IMG/VR virus record: IMGVR_UViG_3300045988_056971
From: a virus
Length of the DNA: 64,000 nucleotides
Strand: one strand, 5' to 3'
Shown here: one piece after another, positions 12,834 to 24,845 of the stretch
How the letters are laid out: each line of letters begins with the position of its first letter
Numbering within the stretch: the stretch's first letter is position 1
The notes under the pieces: generated by a model
What the model saw: only the letters and a program-made list of their open reading frames with translations
Told to the model about the DNA's origin: nothing
Database searches by the model: none
Position numbers and translations under genes: made by a program

Positions 12834-14009
12834 TTATGCTGTTTCGTATTTTTTAGTACTGATATTATACCAGCTTATTCCAAAACTAATATCTTGTATG
12901 TCGTCCCCGTTAGAGTCTGCTTTTAAATAAACATCTCCAGATGGTACGAAGTTTAGTGTCTTGTCTCCGATTGATACACCTCCAATAGTAATAGGTCTCC
13001 ATGAATCTTCTGCCGCTGGGTCGTAACCTAAAGCATTAATAACATTCTGTTTAGTTAAATAAATGCTTCCAGCGCTAGTAACAGAAATTGTTTTATTCGT
13101 AGAGTCTTTATCTACAATTACTCCTCCTATAGTAGTAGTAGTTGCGGCTACTAGAGATATTGTTCTAGCTGCACTACCATTATAAGTAACTCCAGCAGTT
13201 CCAAAAGTTAAGCCTGCACCAAGTGACAATGCGTTACTAACCTTCTTAGCTTCTCCTACTACTAAAGTAGACTGTGCAGCCCAAGTAGGAGCAGCACTAC
13301 CATTACTAAGTAGTACCTAACCCTAAGTACCACCAGTTGTTGGAGCATAAATGGTAAATGTATTAGTACTATTACTATAAACATATATAGAAGTACCGTT
13401 GACAGTATGTTTAACCTATCCGTTAATATTTGCTTCTACAGCTGTCCAATAAGCTGCAGTGTTTAATCCACTTCCTGTTCCGCCTTGTATACATATTAGT
13501 AAGTCGCCAGCTGAACACGTCTATCCAGCGTAAGTTCCTTGAGAAGTTACTCTATAGGTATCTCCGACCTCACATTTAGTGGGAAATCCCTAAACCTCTA
13601 CTCCAGCAACGGTATGTGTCGTATAGCTTCCATTACTATAAGTAATAGTACCCTTATACCGCATCGCATCGTTAGCAGCAAAGCTAGCATTAATTATCTA
13701 ATGAACCTACTGAGTAGTAAATAGGGTTGTTGTATTATTTACAGAGGTATTTTCAGCTATTGGCAAGTCTGTGGTTGTTATCTCAGCCCAGGTAGCATTT
13801 CCTCTAAATATTTCAGTGGCTTTACCGCTAGAAATAGGAACTAAACCTCTTACTGTAGGAGTAAATGTGGGAGTAAAATCCTTTCCATGAGATATAATGT
13901 GACCGTCTTTAGAAAAGAATAGCTTTACGTAATCCCCAGAAGCAGATTCCGGCAAAGTAAGATTGCCTGATATTTCAGCATAGGTATTAGCAAAATTTAA
14001 TAGTGCCAT
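12834..14009 (-). CDS. tail fibre/spike-like protein (391 aa), TAG-containing
   Basis: ORFs 13707-14009 and 12834-13229 share frame 2. TAG at 13707, TAA at 12834-12836. Confidence 0.5.
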
Positions 14010-14010
14010 A

Positions 14011-14433
14011 TTATAAATGATTCCATTTTAGTATAATTTTATTATCTTCATCTATTCCAAAATCATTCCCCAGAAGCAGATTCCGGTCTTCTGACCCGTT
14101 ATACTAAAGATAACCTTCTTGGTCCACTATTACCGTCACATTACTAGTAGGAGCGACTTCTACTATGTGTCCTCGATTATCGTATTTTACCTTTACTGAA
14201 GAAGGAGATTCATTTGCAGTTATGGAGTTGGAGTGAGTAAGAATTATATTCTTTTCTTGCTTAAATGCCTATAGTCCAGACCCAGCAGGTGTAATAATCT
14301 ACTCAATCTTCCTCTCTAGCATATTATCAAGAGTAATTACTTCTTCACCATCTTTAACTAAAACAGCTTCAGCAGTAGTCTAAGGAACGAATATCTAACC
14401 ATGTTGCTTAAGTTGTTTAATAGTTAATTCCAT
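14011..14433 (-). CDS. hypothetical structural protein (140 aa), 5 in-frame TAG
   Basis: Manual translation: MELTIKQLKQHG(Q)IFVP… ending …FGIDEDNKIYLKWNHL then TAA. Confidence 0.4.
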
Positions 14434-14435
14434 GA

Positions 14436-15122
14436 TTATCCTCCTATTACTTGGTCTGTGCTATCTGTGTTGACCATACTGTCATATAAATCTGATGGAA
14501 TAGTATAATTAACTACTACCTTAGAAGCACCGTCTGATGTAGTAACATCTTGAGCAGTGATAGTGTTTGCTAACTAGCCATTAATAATATTAATAGTCTA
14601 ATTAAAGGTTTCGTTAGTTACATAACCAGATAAATCTACATCTGTTTGGACTTCTCCAATTTTTTCCCAAATATATTTCGCCTGCGTATTTTCATACACA
14701 CAAATATATTCGATAAAAATATTTCCTGCAGTACCGGATGGTGCAGGAACTAAATATATAGAATTTAAACAGTCTTTTGACGCTGTTGGTAGCTAAGTAA
14801 CTATCTTGTATAGTTCTATGCTATTAGTAGTACTAATAACTCCTTCTGGAGAAATAGTAATACCTACACCAGCAGTAAGCTTGTCCTGTTTACCCTCTAA
14901 GGCTGTATTAATTTGTTGAACTGTATTCTTCAACACAGCAATATCTCCAGCATTAGTTCCTACAACTCCCATTGTAGTTCTTAATACCTTGTCAAGAGTT
15001 GTTATTCCTAATGATGAAAGTCCTGGAATATTAGAGGTATTTACTACTACTGCCTCCGCTAAGGTAATAGGGACAAATTCAGTTTTTGATTGAAATAATC
15101 TTTTTATTTGTGTTGTACTCAT
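14436..15122 (-). CDS. hypothetical structural protein (228 aa), 2 or more in-frame TAG
   Basis: ORF 14793-15122 ends in TAG and is read through to TAA at 14436-14438. Confidence 0.45.
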
Positions 15123-15712
15123 AATTTAAATAAATTATTAGGTATTTGGTAGTCTACATAAGATTTTAGTGTAGAATCTACAAAATCTAAGTCGGCTATC
15201 ATATTCTGAACTTCCTTTTTAGTGATAAAATTGTTGTTATTGTTTTCCACAATTTGACCTACAATTCTATCTATTTCTTCTTTACTATAAACTCCTAGAT
15301 TAGTTCTAGCTAGCGTCTTCTCAGATTCTGTTTTAAACTCGCCTAAATAATTTTCTTTACATAAATGAGTTTTATATTTTGGTTTTGGACATTCTCTAAT
15401 AAGCTAATTATCACATCCGAATCCCGTATCTACACTTCCTATAACTGAATCTGGATTTTTATGTTTCGGAGTTTTACAGCTAAGGTTGATTTCAGGAGGT
15501 GGAGGAACTGGCTTGTCATTATGCTCAAACCCTGTACTTATGGTAGTCATCACAGAATCCCCTTCTATAAAATCAATATGATTTTCAGGAGGTGGAGGAA
15601 CTGGCTTAGTATCATAGCCAAGCTTTATAGTATTAAGTAATGATTTAGAAGGAAGTAGCTAGGGCTTTTCATTCCCTAGCTATATTTTATCCTTTTCTAA
15701 ATTCTCATTCAT
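15119..15712 (-). CDS. hypothetical protein (197 aa) with duplicated KPVPPPPE segment
   Basis: A 27-nt direct DNA repeat (15487-15513 and 15583-15610) encodes PVPPPPE twice. ATGA overlaps at both gene ends. Confidence 0.4.
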
Positions 15713-16220
15713 TTAACGTAATCTTATCTGGATACCCAGAAGTATAATCATATTTTATAACATCTTCAACTGTCTTAAGCTCTTTTATAGCTAATAGATG
15801 TTGAGTTGTGTTTACATAACATTTCCCAGCGTACACCTCTAGCTAAGCTAGAAATTCTTTTACCTTGTCTACTGGTAATTCGATTATTTCACTACCAAGA
15901 ACCAAAGACATATTACCAGTACTACAATTAGCTAAATTTTGTAGTCCGACTCTAGTAGCTTTATCTAACCAATACTCTTTGTCGTTATAATAGAACGAAT
16001 CAACGTTAGATGATTTATCATATGCTTTAATAGCTGCTTCTAAAACTGGAAGCATTAATTTAAAATAACATACTCCATCTTTTCGCTCAAATAACTCCTT
16101 CCAAACACTCAAGGGGAGCCTTAACAGCTCCTCGTGAGTGAGTAAGGATTTCAAAGAGTCATCCTTATTAATTACATAATAACGATTATCGTGACTTATT
16201 TGCATGAAATTATCAGCCAT
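15705..16220 (-). CDS. hypothetical protein (171 aa), 1 in-frame TAG
   Basis: ORF 15843-16220 plus read-through to TGA at 15707-15705. Confidence 0.45.
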
Positions 16221-19200
16221 TCTTAGAATAATTAAATTTAGTAAATGGTACTCCTTGATGTTTAGTTAATCTCCAAGCATTATTATATTGAACTGTGTTC
16301 CAGTATGATGGGTCGTTATAACTACCAGTAACCCATTCATTAGAGTATGTATAACCTCCAGAACCTCCATCATATTGCTAAGTTCTTTGATAAGAATAGT
16401 TGTTAGCAGCTGACGAGTTAATAGAAGTAGTAATATTATTTACTCCAGCATTATCTCCAGAACCTACTATATTAGACCATACAGATGGGAACTAGTTGTT
16501 AGCTCTAGAATATGCAATAGAGAAAATTGGAGTTGTTAGCACTCCACCTCCATTGGCAACTGAGGTACTAATAGGCTATCTTACTGTATCTCCAGTATTG
16601 AAATTACTTCCAGAGACACTATAACCTCTATAGTAAATAATTCTAGAGAACTCAGCTACTGAAGGAGCATACCAATTACCTTTCTTATAAGCTGAATTTA
16701 GAGTTTCTCCATCCTTTACAGACGGTTCATATACCTACATACTATAGAAGTATGGATATAATAGACAGCTCATAATATCTGTTCCAGAAGCATTGGTCCA
16801 TACTGTCTGAATAGCTTCACATAGATTATTTAAGTTAGACTTAGATTCTATGTAGTATTCCCATGAAGTACTACCTCCTGAAGAAACTTGTTTTCTGCTA
16901 ATATAAGGCTTACAAGCTGAGTTATTATACAAAATAGGAAGTAACTTACTATTTACATGATTAATATATAATTCAGTATCAGACTTACCAGCAAATGCTG
17001 TATTTACCTGTATGTTGTAGGTAGATACATTAATATTATTAATTAAGTTAGGAGTAGCAGTACCAGAAACAGTTTCATAATTAGAAACAGACACGCTAGA
17101 CAAATAGGCTTGTACCTAATACAGCTGTTGTAATATCTATTCCTGAGAACCAGAATTTCCATCTGCACTATATCCTAAGTAGTAAGACTTTTCTTCATCA
17201 GTGTATTCCTTACCAATGATGTAAACTACTCCAGACGTATCATCACTTTCATCCTTTGCATACACTAGACCAACTAAAGTCTTAGTAGCATCAAATGAGC
17301 TAGTAAACGTACCATCAGCATATGCAAAGTCTCCAAGCTAAGGAGCCTTCCAAGCGAAGCTTACTTTAACAGTTTTTCTAATGGGAGTTCCACTATTAGC
17401 AACCTTCATACTAATAGTTACTGTAGCAGTACTACTAGATTCCTTCTTCAAGGTAATAGCACCAGTCTAATCAATAGTAGCAATATCAGTTGATACTCCT
17501 GACATAGAGTAAGTAATATCTAAGTATCCATTTACTGATGGATTATAAGGGTTAGTTCCAGATTTTATTTCAACATCATTACCAGAATCTACTGTAATGT
17601 CAAATAGGTTTTGACGAACGATAGTTCCGGATTCTCCAGCCTAGTAATATACAGAAACTTCCCCTGCACAACTAAAGTCTAGGATTTCAGCACTTTGGAA
17701 ATGGATTCTAATCTTAGAAGAAGAACTAGAAATGTCTCCAAATGTATTAACTAATAACTGCTTTGTAGCAAAGCTAATAGCCTTCAACTAAGTGCTTCCT
17801 GCAGTATTTACAATGTAAATATCTCCAGTTAAGTTACAAGTATTAGTAAGAATCATCTTTCTTAATGCATCTTCTGTTATATACAGATTAGCATTTCTAA
17901 TAGTTACTGATTGAAGGGCATTGCAGTTAATTAACTATTCGCAGAAATTAGCTACATCAAAACTTCCTACATTATCACAGTCAATATATACTGTTGATAA
18001 ATTATTCAATCCTTCAAATGTAATATCAGTCAATCCTGGATTATCATAGATTCTAAATGTTTCTATAGTATCAGGAAGAATTACATTCTTTAGTCTACCA
18101 GTTTGTGGGAATACTACGCTCTTAGTAGTAGTCTTAGAGAAGTCTATAGTCTCTAACTTTAAGAACTTAGACAAATCCATTTCTGTAGGAAGTGTCATAT
18201 TTCTAAGAGTTAAGCTCTCTAACACTGGGAATGAAGGAGTAAATAAGCTGATAGCTAAGTCCGGATAATCGCTTGGGAATAGACTAGTATAATCGTCTAA
18301 CTAAGCATTATCAATTTGGAACTCAGTAGTTCTAGCAAAATCTGCATCAATAGTAGACATCTTTAAACCTAAAATATTTAACTTCTTATATAAAGTAGTT
18401 AAGTATATACCTTGGTTAATTGCAGGATCTCCTTGATTGATTTCGGCTGTATAACTATTTCCTGTCTATGCTAAATTCTTAATTGCATCAAAGTTAGATG
18501 TCTAGAAATTAGATAGATAAAGGTTTTTACCGTTGTAATGATAAACAGGATAGCAATCCTAATATGGTTCAAACTCCATTCTTAATCTCAGAGTATCACC
18601 ACTACCTGCAGAACTTGCAGTTCTTAGTGCAATAGCTCCTAAAGAAGTCTATGCATAAGTAGAAAGGAATGCAAATCTCTTGGTCATGAACTATTTCTCA
18701 CAAGCTAAGCAAGAGCCGTGGCTTTGTTCGATAGGTTCAATCTCGTTGTTACTATAATATGAAAGTACCTTAGAATTTTTAATAGCCTAAGCATTTTCAT
18801 AATATATCTTAGCTGTATGGTTATATGCTACTGCTGGGAACGTTTCTTGAACATTGAAGAACACTTTATAGAAGTAATTTGATTTATCTTCCATACTGTT
18901 ACTGTTCTTAAATGCAGTATTTATAACACTTGCTAAATATGTTTTTATTTCAGATTCGAAACATTGGTCAAACATATAGAAGAATACATTGTTAGCATCT
19001 CCCCAATATACTGAGTCAGCTTCTCTATAGGAAGTCTCTAGCAAATTATAGGGCTTAGATTGAAGACCGTTGTTATCAGTTACTAAGATAGTATCTAAGT
19101 CGTCTCCAATAAGTCTAACTAGATAATCCCCCTTACCGCTCTCAACAAATTCTCCTTCTTCGTTTTCTTCTCTTAGTTTTCCAATAATTTGGAAATATGT

Positions 19201-22200
19201 ATTTTTAGCTCTATTGTCAGTTCCAGATACAAACTTAATAAAAGCCTAGTGGAAAGCAATATCATTTACATCTATGTAGTTCTTAATTCCTGTAATGAAA
19301 TTAGCTTTCATTGCATCTAATGCAGCAGGAATACCTAAAGCGCTACTTGTTCCAGCTAACTCGTAGATATTAGCTCTAGCCCATCCAGTAGCAGATTCAT
19401 AACTTACTCCCGCACATACCCAAGTTCCGTTAATATCATCATAACGATAAATATCTCCGGACTTGTGACTAGTTGGATTTAGCGTACAAGTACTAGCTGT
19501 TACAATGTACTTTTTAGTTACATCCCATCCAGAAGGACTAGTAGCACTTGTCTGAACCATGTTGTAATCATGTGTATAAACGAAGTCATAGAACTCTCTA
19601 AACTTCTTTAAAGATTCATGTACTGATTCAGCAAATTGGAAGTATGTCTTTCCACTATCATTTTCTACTTCTTCACAACCATAATCAATATCCCAAGCTC
19701 CTCTCTAGTCGTATACAACAGATTCATCTTCGATTAGAAGATTATCCCAAGGACGAAGTAAAGAATTAGTATAAGTTATAGTTGGTTGATTAGTTAGTCC
19801 ATAAGTATCTTCTCCAAGTACACCAGAGGCTCTTTGAAGCGCCTACCAAGGACGTCTAAAGTTTACAGATGGGTCAGTGTTTTCACCACCTTCTAGCATT
19901 AGATATTCAGGAGTTATATCTTCGTCATATCCACTGGAAGCATCGTCTCCTTTACCTGCTCCCCAAGTTTGGAATCCCATAAATTTGATAGATTCATCAT
20001 TATCTAACAAATCTGCTAGTTCTATAGTAGAAACATCCTCTAAATCAGTTTCCCAATAGAAGTATAGGAATGGTTCTTCATGTACGGCTTTCTGTCCTCC
20101 TGAAATTAAATTTCCTCTAGATTCCTTATAGGCATCATCAAATAATTTACAAGAACCAATCTTATGAGACTGCATAGAAGAAGCAAAGTTTACTTTACCT
20201 ACTAATTTAGTTATCTTATATGCAGTAGTATCTTGCTATCCATCATAAGGAGGCATTACATAGTAACCCTTTGTAGAAGAAGCATCTTCTCTAAACGTAT
20301 TAGTATCTGTATCTAACTAAGAGTATGGAGTAAACGGACTCTTTATTTTCTGTCCTTCCTAATCCTTTAATTTATTCAAAGCATAGGTAACATTCCAAAT
20401 TAGATATCTCATTGCAGAGGAACCTTGTCCCTTTACTTGACCATGAGTTAATCTACCTCCGTATAAGTTATTAACAGAAGAGTTAGCATAGTTAACGAAT
20501 AAAGTTACTGGAGAATTTTTCTATGCTGTTTCTTGTGGAGGAGTTTCATTATCTTCACCTCCCCAAGCTCTATGTGGGAATTTAGCTCCAGTCGGGAATA
20601 CATATACTAAAGTATTATATTTACTATTAGCTCTACTAAAAGAGATTTCTCCATTAGTTCCAAGAATATCATTCTTGTCGAAGAACTCTTCTTTAGAGGT
20701 CTTTTCTTTCAAGAAAGAAAGATAATTTTTCTAAACCTGATTAAAAGTAAGAGCAGTACTATTATATACTCTGAATAGATAAAAATCAATATCAGCAGTT
20801 GTAGGATTAATCTATAGTGCTGCAGAAGCAAACGTATTAAGTTCAGAATCTGTTAAAGAAATTTCTCTATCAATTACTCCATTCACATATATTCTAACTA
20901 AGTTAATGCTAGTAGTAGGAGCTGCCTAATCAAAAGCACTCTAGAAGCTAGCTAGGAAGTTCGGATAGTAAATATCACTCTTAGAGATAACAAAGCCTTT
21001 CTATACAGTTACTAATACATGAGTCTCTACCAATTCTTGGAATTGAGCATTTCTAGCATTAAATAAATCGTTATCCTCAGTATTCCAACAGAATTGAGTA
21101 GGTCTCAACTAGAAGTTTCCTATTGTAGCTATTGGTTTGCTCTCATCACTAATGTTATAAGTTTTAAATCCTAATTCAATAGTGAAATTATTTCCTAATC
21201 CTAAACTTAGAGGTGATTTTAGTATAGGATTATCCTGTGCAGATACTTTAAATATTGTACGCCCATCTTCTTCCTACCATCCGTCTGACGATTCCAAATC
21301 TGATATTACCGTAGCCGGATTTGAACCAGTGGCATATTCGTCAGTAACAAAAATATCATTTAAGTAGCCTTCAATCTAGTCAAAGTTCTTAGAAGGAGCT
21401 ATATCCTACGAATATATAAATTCTGGATTCACTGCTTCTACTCTCATAGTTTTGAAGTTGCTTGTATAGGCAGTAGTCTATCCTAAACTATTAGTAAATA
21501 CAGTATAGAACTTATAGTAAGTATCATCTACTTTAATTACTAAATATTTTTCAGAATCGCTACTATTTATCTCTATATACTTTTTATACGAAGTGTCGTA
21601 GACTCCCTATTCATTGTAAGATGAAGCACTAATAACTTCATATTTCATGATTTCAGTAGGGTTCATACTTTCAGAGTCTGGCATTTCATTCTCTAGATAA
21701 GTAGTTATAGCCATAGAGCTATTATCTGGGCTAAATACGGTTAACTCATATAGAGTAGCTACTCCATTGTTCGCAATACCATTACTTACTCCATTAATAG
21801 CAACGATTGTTTCTGCGCAATTATACGTATAAATAATATCTACATAAATATAGTCTGTATAAATAGAACTCTCAGTATTATGGACTGCCTTTACAGCTAA
21901 TTGATTAAGTCCTGAGGTTAAACTAGAATAATTCAATACCCCTCCACTTGTAGAAAATGCAGAGCCGTTATTAAATCCCTCTAAGTGATAATTGCTAGTT
22001 GTTCCTCCAGTTAGAGAGAAATTAACTAGGTTGTTACTTAAGACAACTTCCCCATTGTAATTAAGAGTGATTACTTCTGTAGTAATTGGAAGGTCTAAAG
22101 TATCTTCTACTTCAGGGTCATCTATTACCTGAGCAGTAATTTTCTTAGCAGACTAAGTTTTAGTAAATAACTCAGTAATATCTATCCAAGCTAGAGTATC

Positions 22201-22728
22201 AATTAATTCCTCTGATGATACATTAACTCCAGTAATTGCTCCAGTAGAAGGATCAATAATACACTAGTTATATTTAATATTGTTTACTCTAAATGTTCCA
22301 GATTGAGTTCCATAACTAATCTTAACATTGAAAGGTCCAATTCTATCTGTTGTTACAGAAGTAGTAGCAACGGCGTACATTGCAATACCAACCTTAACAT
22401 TTCTATCAGAGTTATATTGCATCAAAAGAGAACTATTAGCCTCGGTATAGATTTTGTCAGTCTTATTGTCTAACATTACTCCATACACCATAATACCATA
22501 AGAGTACGTGGGAGGAATAACTGATACTTCAGTTTCTACCTTATCTCCATTACTCTTAAGAAGAGTAAGGATGCTAGTAGAAGAATCATACGATGCATCT
22601 ACTATATCCTATCCCTCTGTCTTCTCTATTTTTCGGCTTATGAAATCCTCAACCTCCATTCCAGAATGTCCATCCCATTCTGTTGCTAAATCTGTAATCT
22701 GATTAGGTAAATTTTCAAATTTTGCCAT
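16213..22728 (-). CDS. giant virion/tail-associated protein (~2170 aa) with more than 25 in-frame TAG codons
   Basis: Eight ORF fragments (16735-22491) share frame 0 and all end in TAG. Coherent read-through runs from ATG 22728-22726 to TGA 16215-16213. Confidence 0.45.
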
Positions 22729-22737
22729 TTTTACAAA

Positions 22738-22969
22738 TCAATTATTTTTCCATGAATCATCTTTTAACCAAGGTCTGTCTTGTAGCCAAGTTCCGCTACC
22801 AAAACAGCTTCTAACAGCATCGTATACGGTAAGCCAGACTAACTACGACCCTTTATATATAGCTCCAATGTTCTTTTGTACTCTTTGCTAAACTTGTTCT
22901 ACAAGTTCTAGAATATCTTTTTGGACCTGTAATATTAACTTACCATTTCTATATATCATAATTTAGCAA
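22738..22969 (-). CDS. small hypothetical protein (76 aa), 2 in-frame TAG
   Basis: Manual translation MIYRNGKLILQVQKDILELVEQV(Q)QRV… with a TGA stop. Confidence 0.35.
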
Positions 22970-23333
22970 AATCTTCCTTGACTTTAGCTTTTATCTATTT
23001 TAATATGTTAAGATATTCCTTATATTCATTAATACCTTCAGAATCAGAAGTAAGATTTTCTGAATAGCTATTATATGAATTGATTAAATCAAATTCTTCA
23101 TCAACTGTAAGGAATCTTCTAACTATAGCTTTTACACAATCTTTGTAATTAGGCTGCCCATTTAATAATACCTAGATAAAACTATAGTAAGTTTTTTCTT
23201 TTATGGTATTGTCTAAATCAAGTACTTCAACACTAATTTCTTTTATATCATAGTTATAGTAATAAGTACCGTTCCCAAGTTTTTGGATTGTCTAAGGATA
23301 AACGTCCATTTGTATTCTATTCGGCTCTAACAT
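22966..23333 (-). CDS. small hypothetical protein (122 aa) overlapping the 3' end of the RT gene out of frame; possible DGR accessory gene
   Basis: A frame-2 ORF from ATG 23333 to TGA 22968-22966 (2 TAG). ATGA overlap with the next gene. Confidence 0.35.
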
Positions 23334-24546
23334 AAGGTGTTATTTTAAAATTTATAGGAAATTTGTATCTAAGCAAAGAATAGTGTAATCTCCTATTCTT
23401 ACTTTTAAAATAGTAGGGTTTATTGTTATACATGAAATGTACTCGAAAATGATTGTCATAATCAACAACCTCTACAATGTGAATATATTTATTATAAAAC
23501 TTAGATATGTTAACTTCTTTTCCATTCCAGTTAGAGAATTTCAATCCAGTTAACTCCTCTACCTTTCTCAGCAAGTTCTTAGAGTTGCAAAATTTCATCC
23601 ATCCAAAATAAGACCTCATTCTTCTATTCAATTCATCTTTATCAATCTTATTCTATTTATATAGATTTATAAGCCTAAACATCCTCATTTTTATAGATTT
23701 TCTCAGTAGAACATGAGTATGATAGAATTTATAGCCTACGAAATCAATACCTCTGCTTTCTACAGGGAATATTTGATAATTAGGCTTCAACTCTAGGTTA
23801 AGAACCTGTTTCAAATATAGTTTTATAGATACTAATACATTTCTCAAATAATTCTTGTCATTACCAAGAATCACAATATCGTCAGCATATCGAAAGTAGT
23901 ACTTACATTTTAACTCCTCTTTTACCCAGTGGTCAAAATATGTCAGATATAAATTTGCAAAGAATTGTGATAGATAATTTCCAATAGGAACTCCCTTCGC
24001 TGAATAAATTATTTCTTTCAACAGTTTTAATAGTTTTTTATCCTTTATCTTTCTCTATAACATTTCGTATAAAATGTCGTGAGTTATAGAAGGATAGAAT
24101 TTTTTTATATCCATTTTCAAGCAATACTTTGTTTCTTCTGGATGTTTCTATAACACCTTAAACAAATCATACTCTACTTTATGAATACCTCTATTTCGTA
24201 TAGAGGAATATGTTTGGTCTATAAATATACTAGTCCAAATAGGCTCCATAATATTCATTATAGCATGGTGAGTTATTCTATCTGGATAGTATGGAAGTCT
24301 AAAGATTAATCTTTCTTTAGGTTCGTATATTATAAAGGTACTATATTCAGAGGTTTGATAAATCAAATCCCTTAACTTATCGGATAATTCCTTATTTTCT
24401 TTTAATCTATTCTTATCATGCTGCTTGATTCCACATCTAATAGACTTATTTCTTCTAGCTTTATCGTCAGCTAGTTCGATGTTATCTTCAGCGTATACTT
24501 TCTCGTGCAAATATCCTACACGTTTCAATTTTTTTATATATTTCAT
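23254..24546 (-). CDS. DGR reverse transcriptase (~430 aa) containing 4 in-frame TAG codons
   Basis: Three same-frame ORF fragments. Joining them across TAG restores RT motifs: ERLIFRLPYYPDRITHHAIMNIMEPI (motifs 1/2), CLKMDIKKFYPSITHD (motif 3), GVPIGNYLSQFFANLYL (motif 4), YADDIVILG (motif 5/YxDD). A TR/VR pair sits immediately upstream. Confidence 0.85.
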
Positions 24547-24686
24547 CGGAAGCGTTCGAGAATTAACCTACTAACACCCTTCATTCAACACTACGTTATC
24601 TTTTGCCTAGAGGCAAGGATATTACTTAGCAAACTAAAAAAAATAATAAAATGTTTCTAAATATATAATAACTCGACATTGGAATT

Positions 24687-24780
24687 GGCATTGCTGACGT
24701 CATTGTTAGAATTGAAATAGCTGAGACCTGCATTGCTGCCATTATTCGCGTTGCTGCCTACTAGCAGTACTTTTTTGCCA
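24687..24780 (-). repeat. DGR template repeat (TR)
   Basis: About 94 nt aligns to VR1 and VR2. Every mismatch sits at an adenine of this copy on the minus (RT-sense) strand. It lies between the target gene and the RT. Confidence 0.8.
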
Positions 24781-24845
24781 ATCAACGGTTTTTAGAAGTA
24801 ATATCCTACGATTTATCATCTAAATCGATTTTTATATTGTATATC

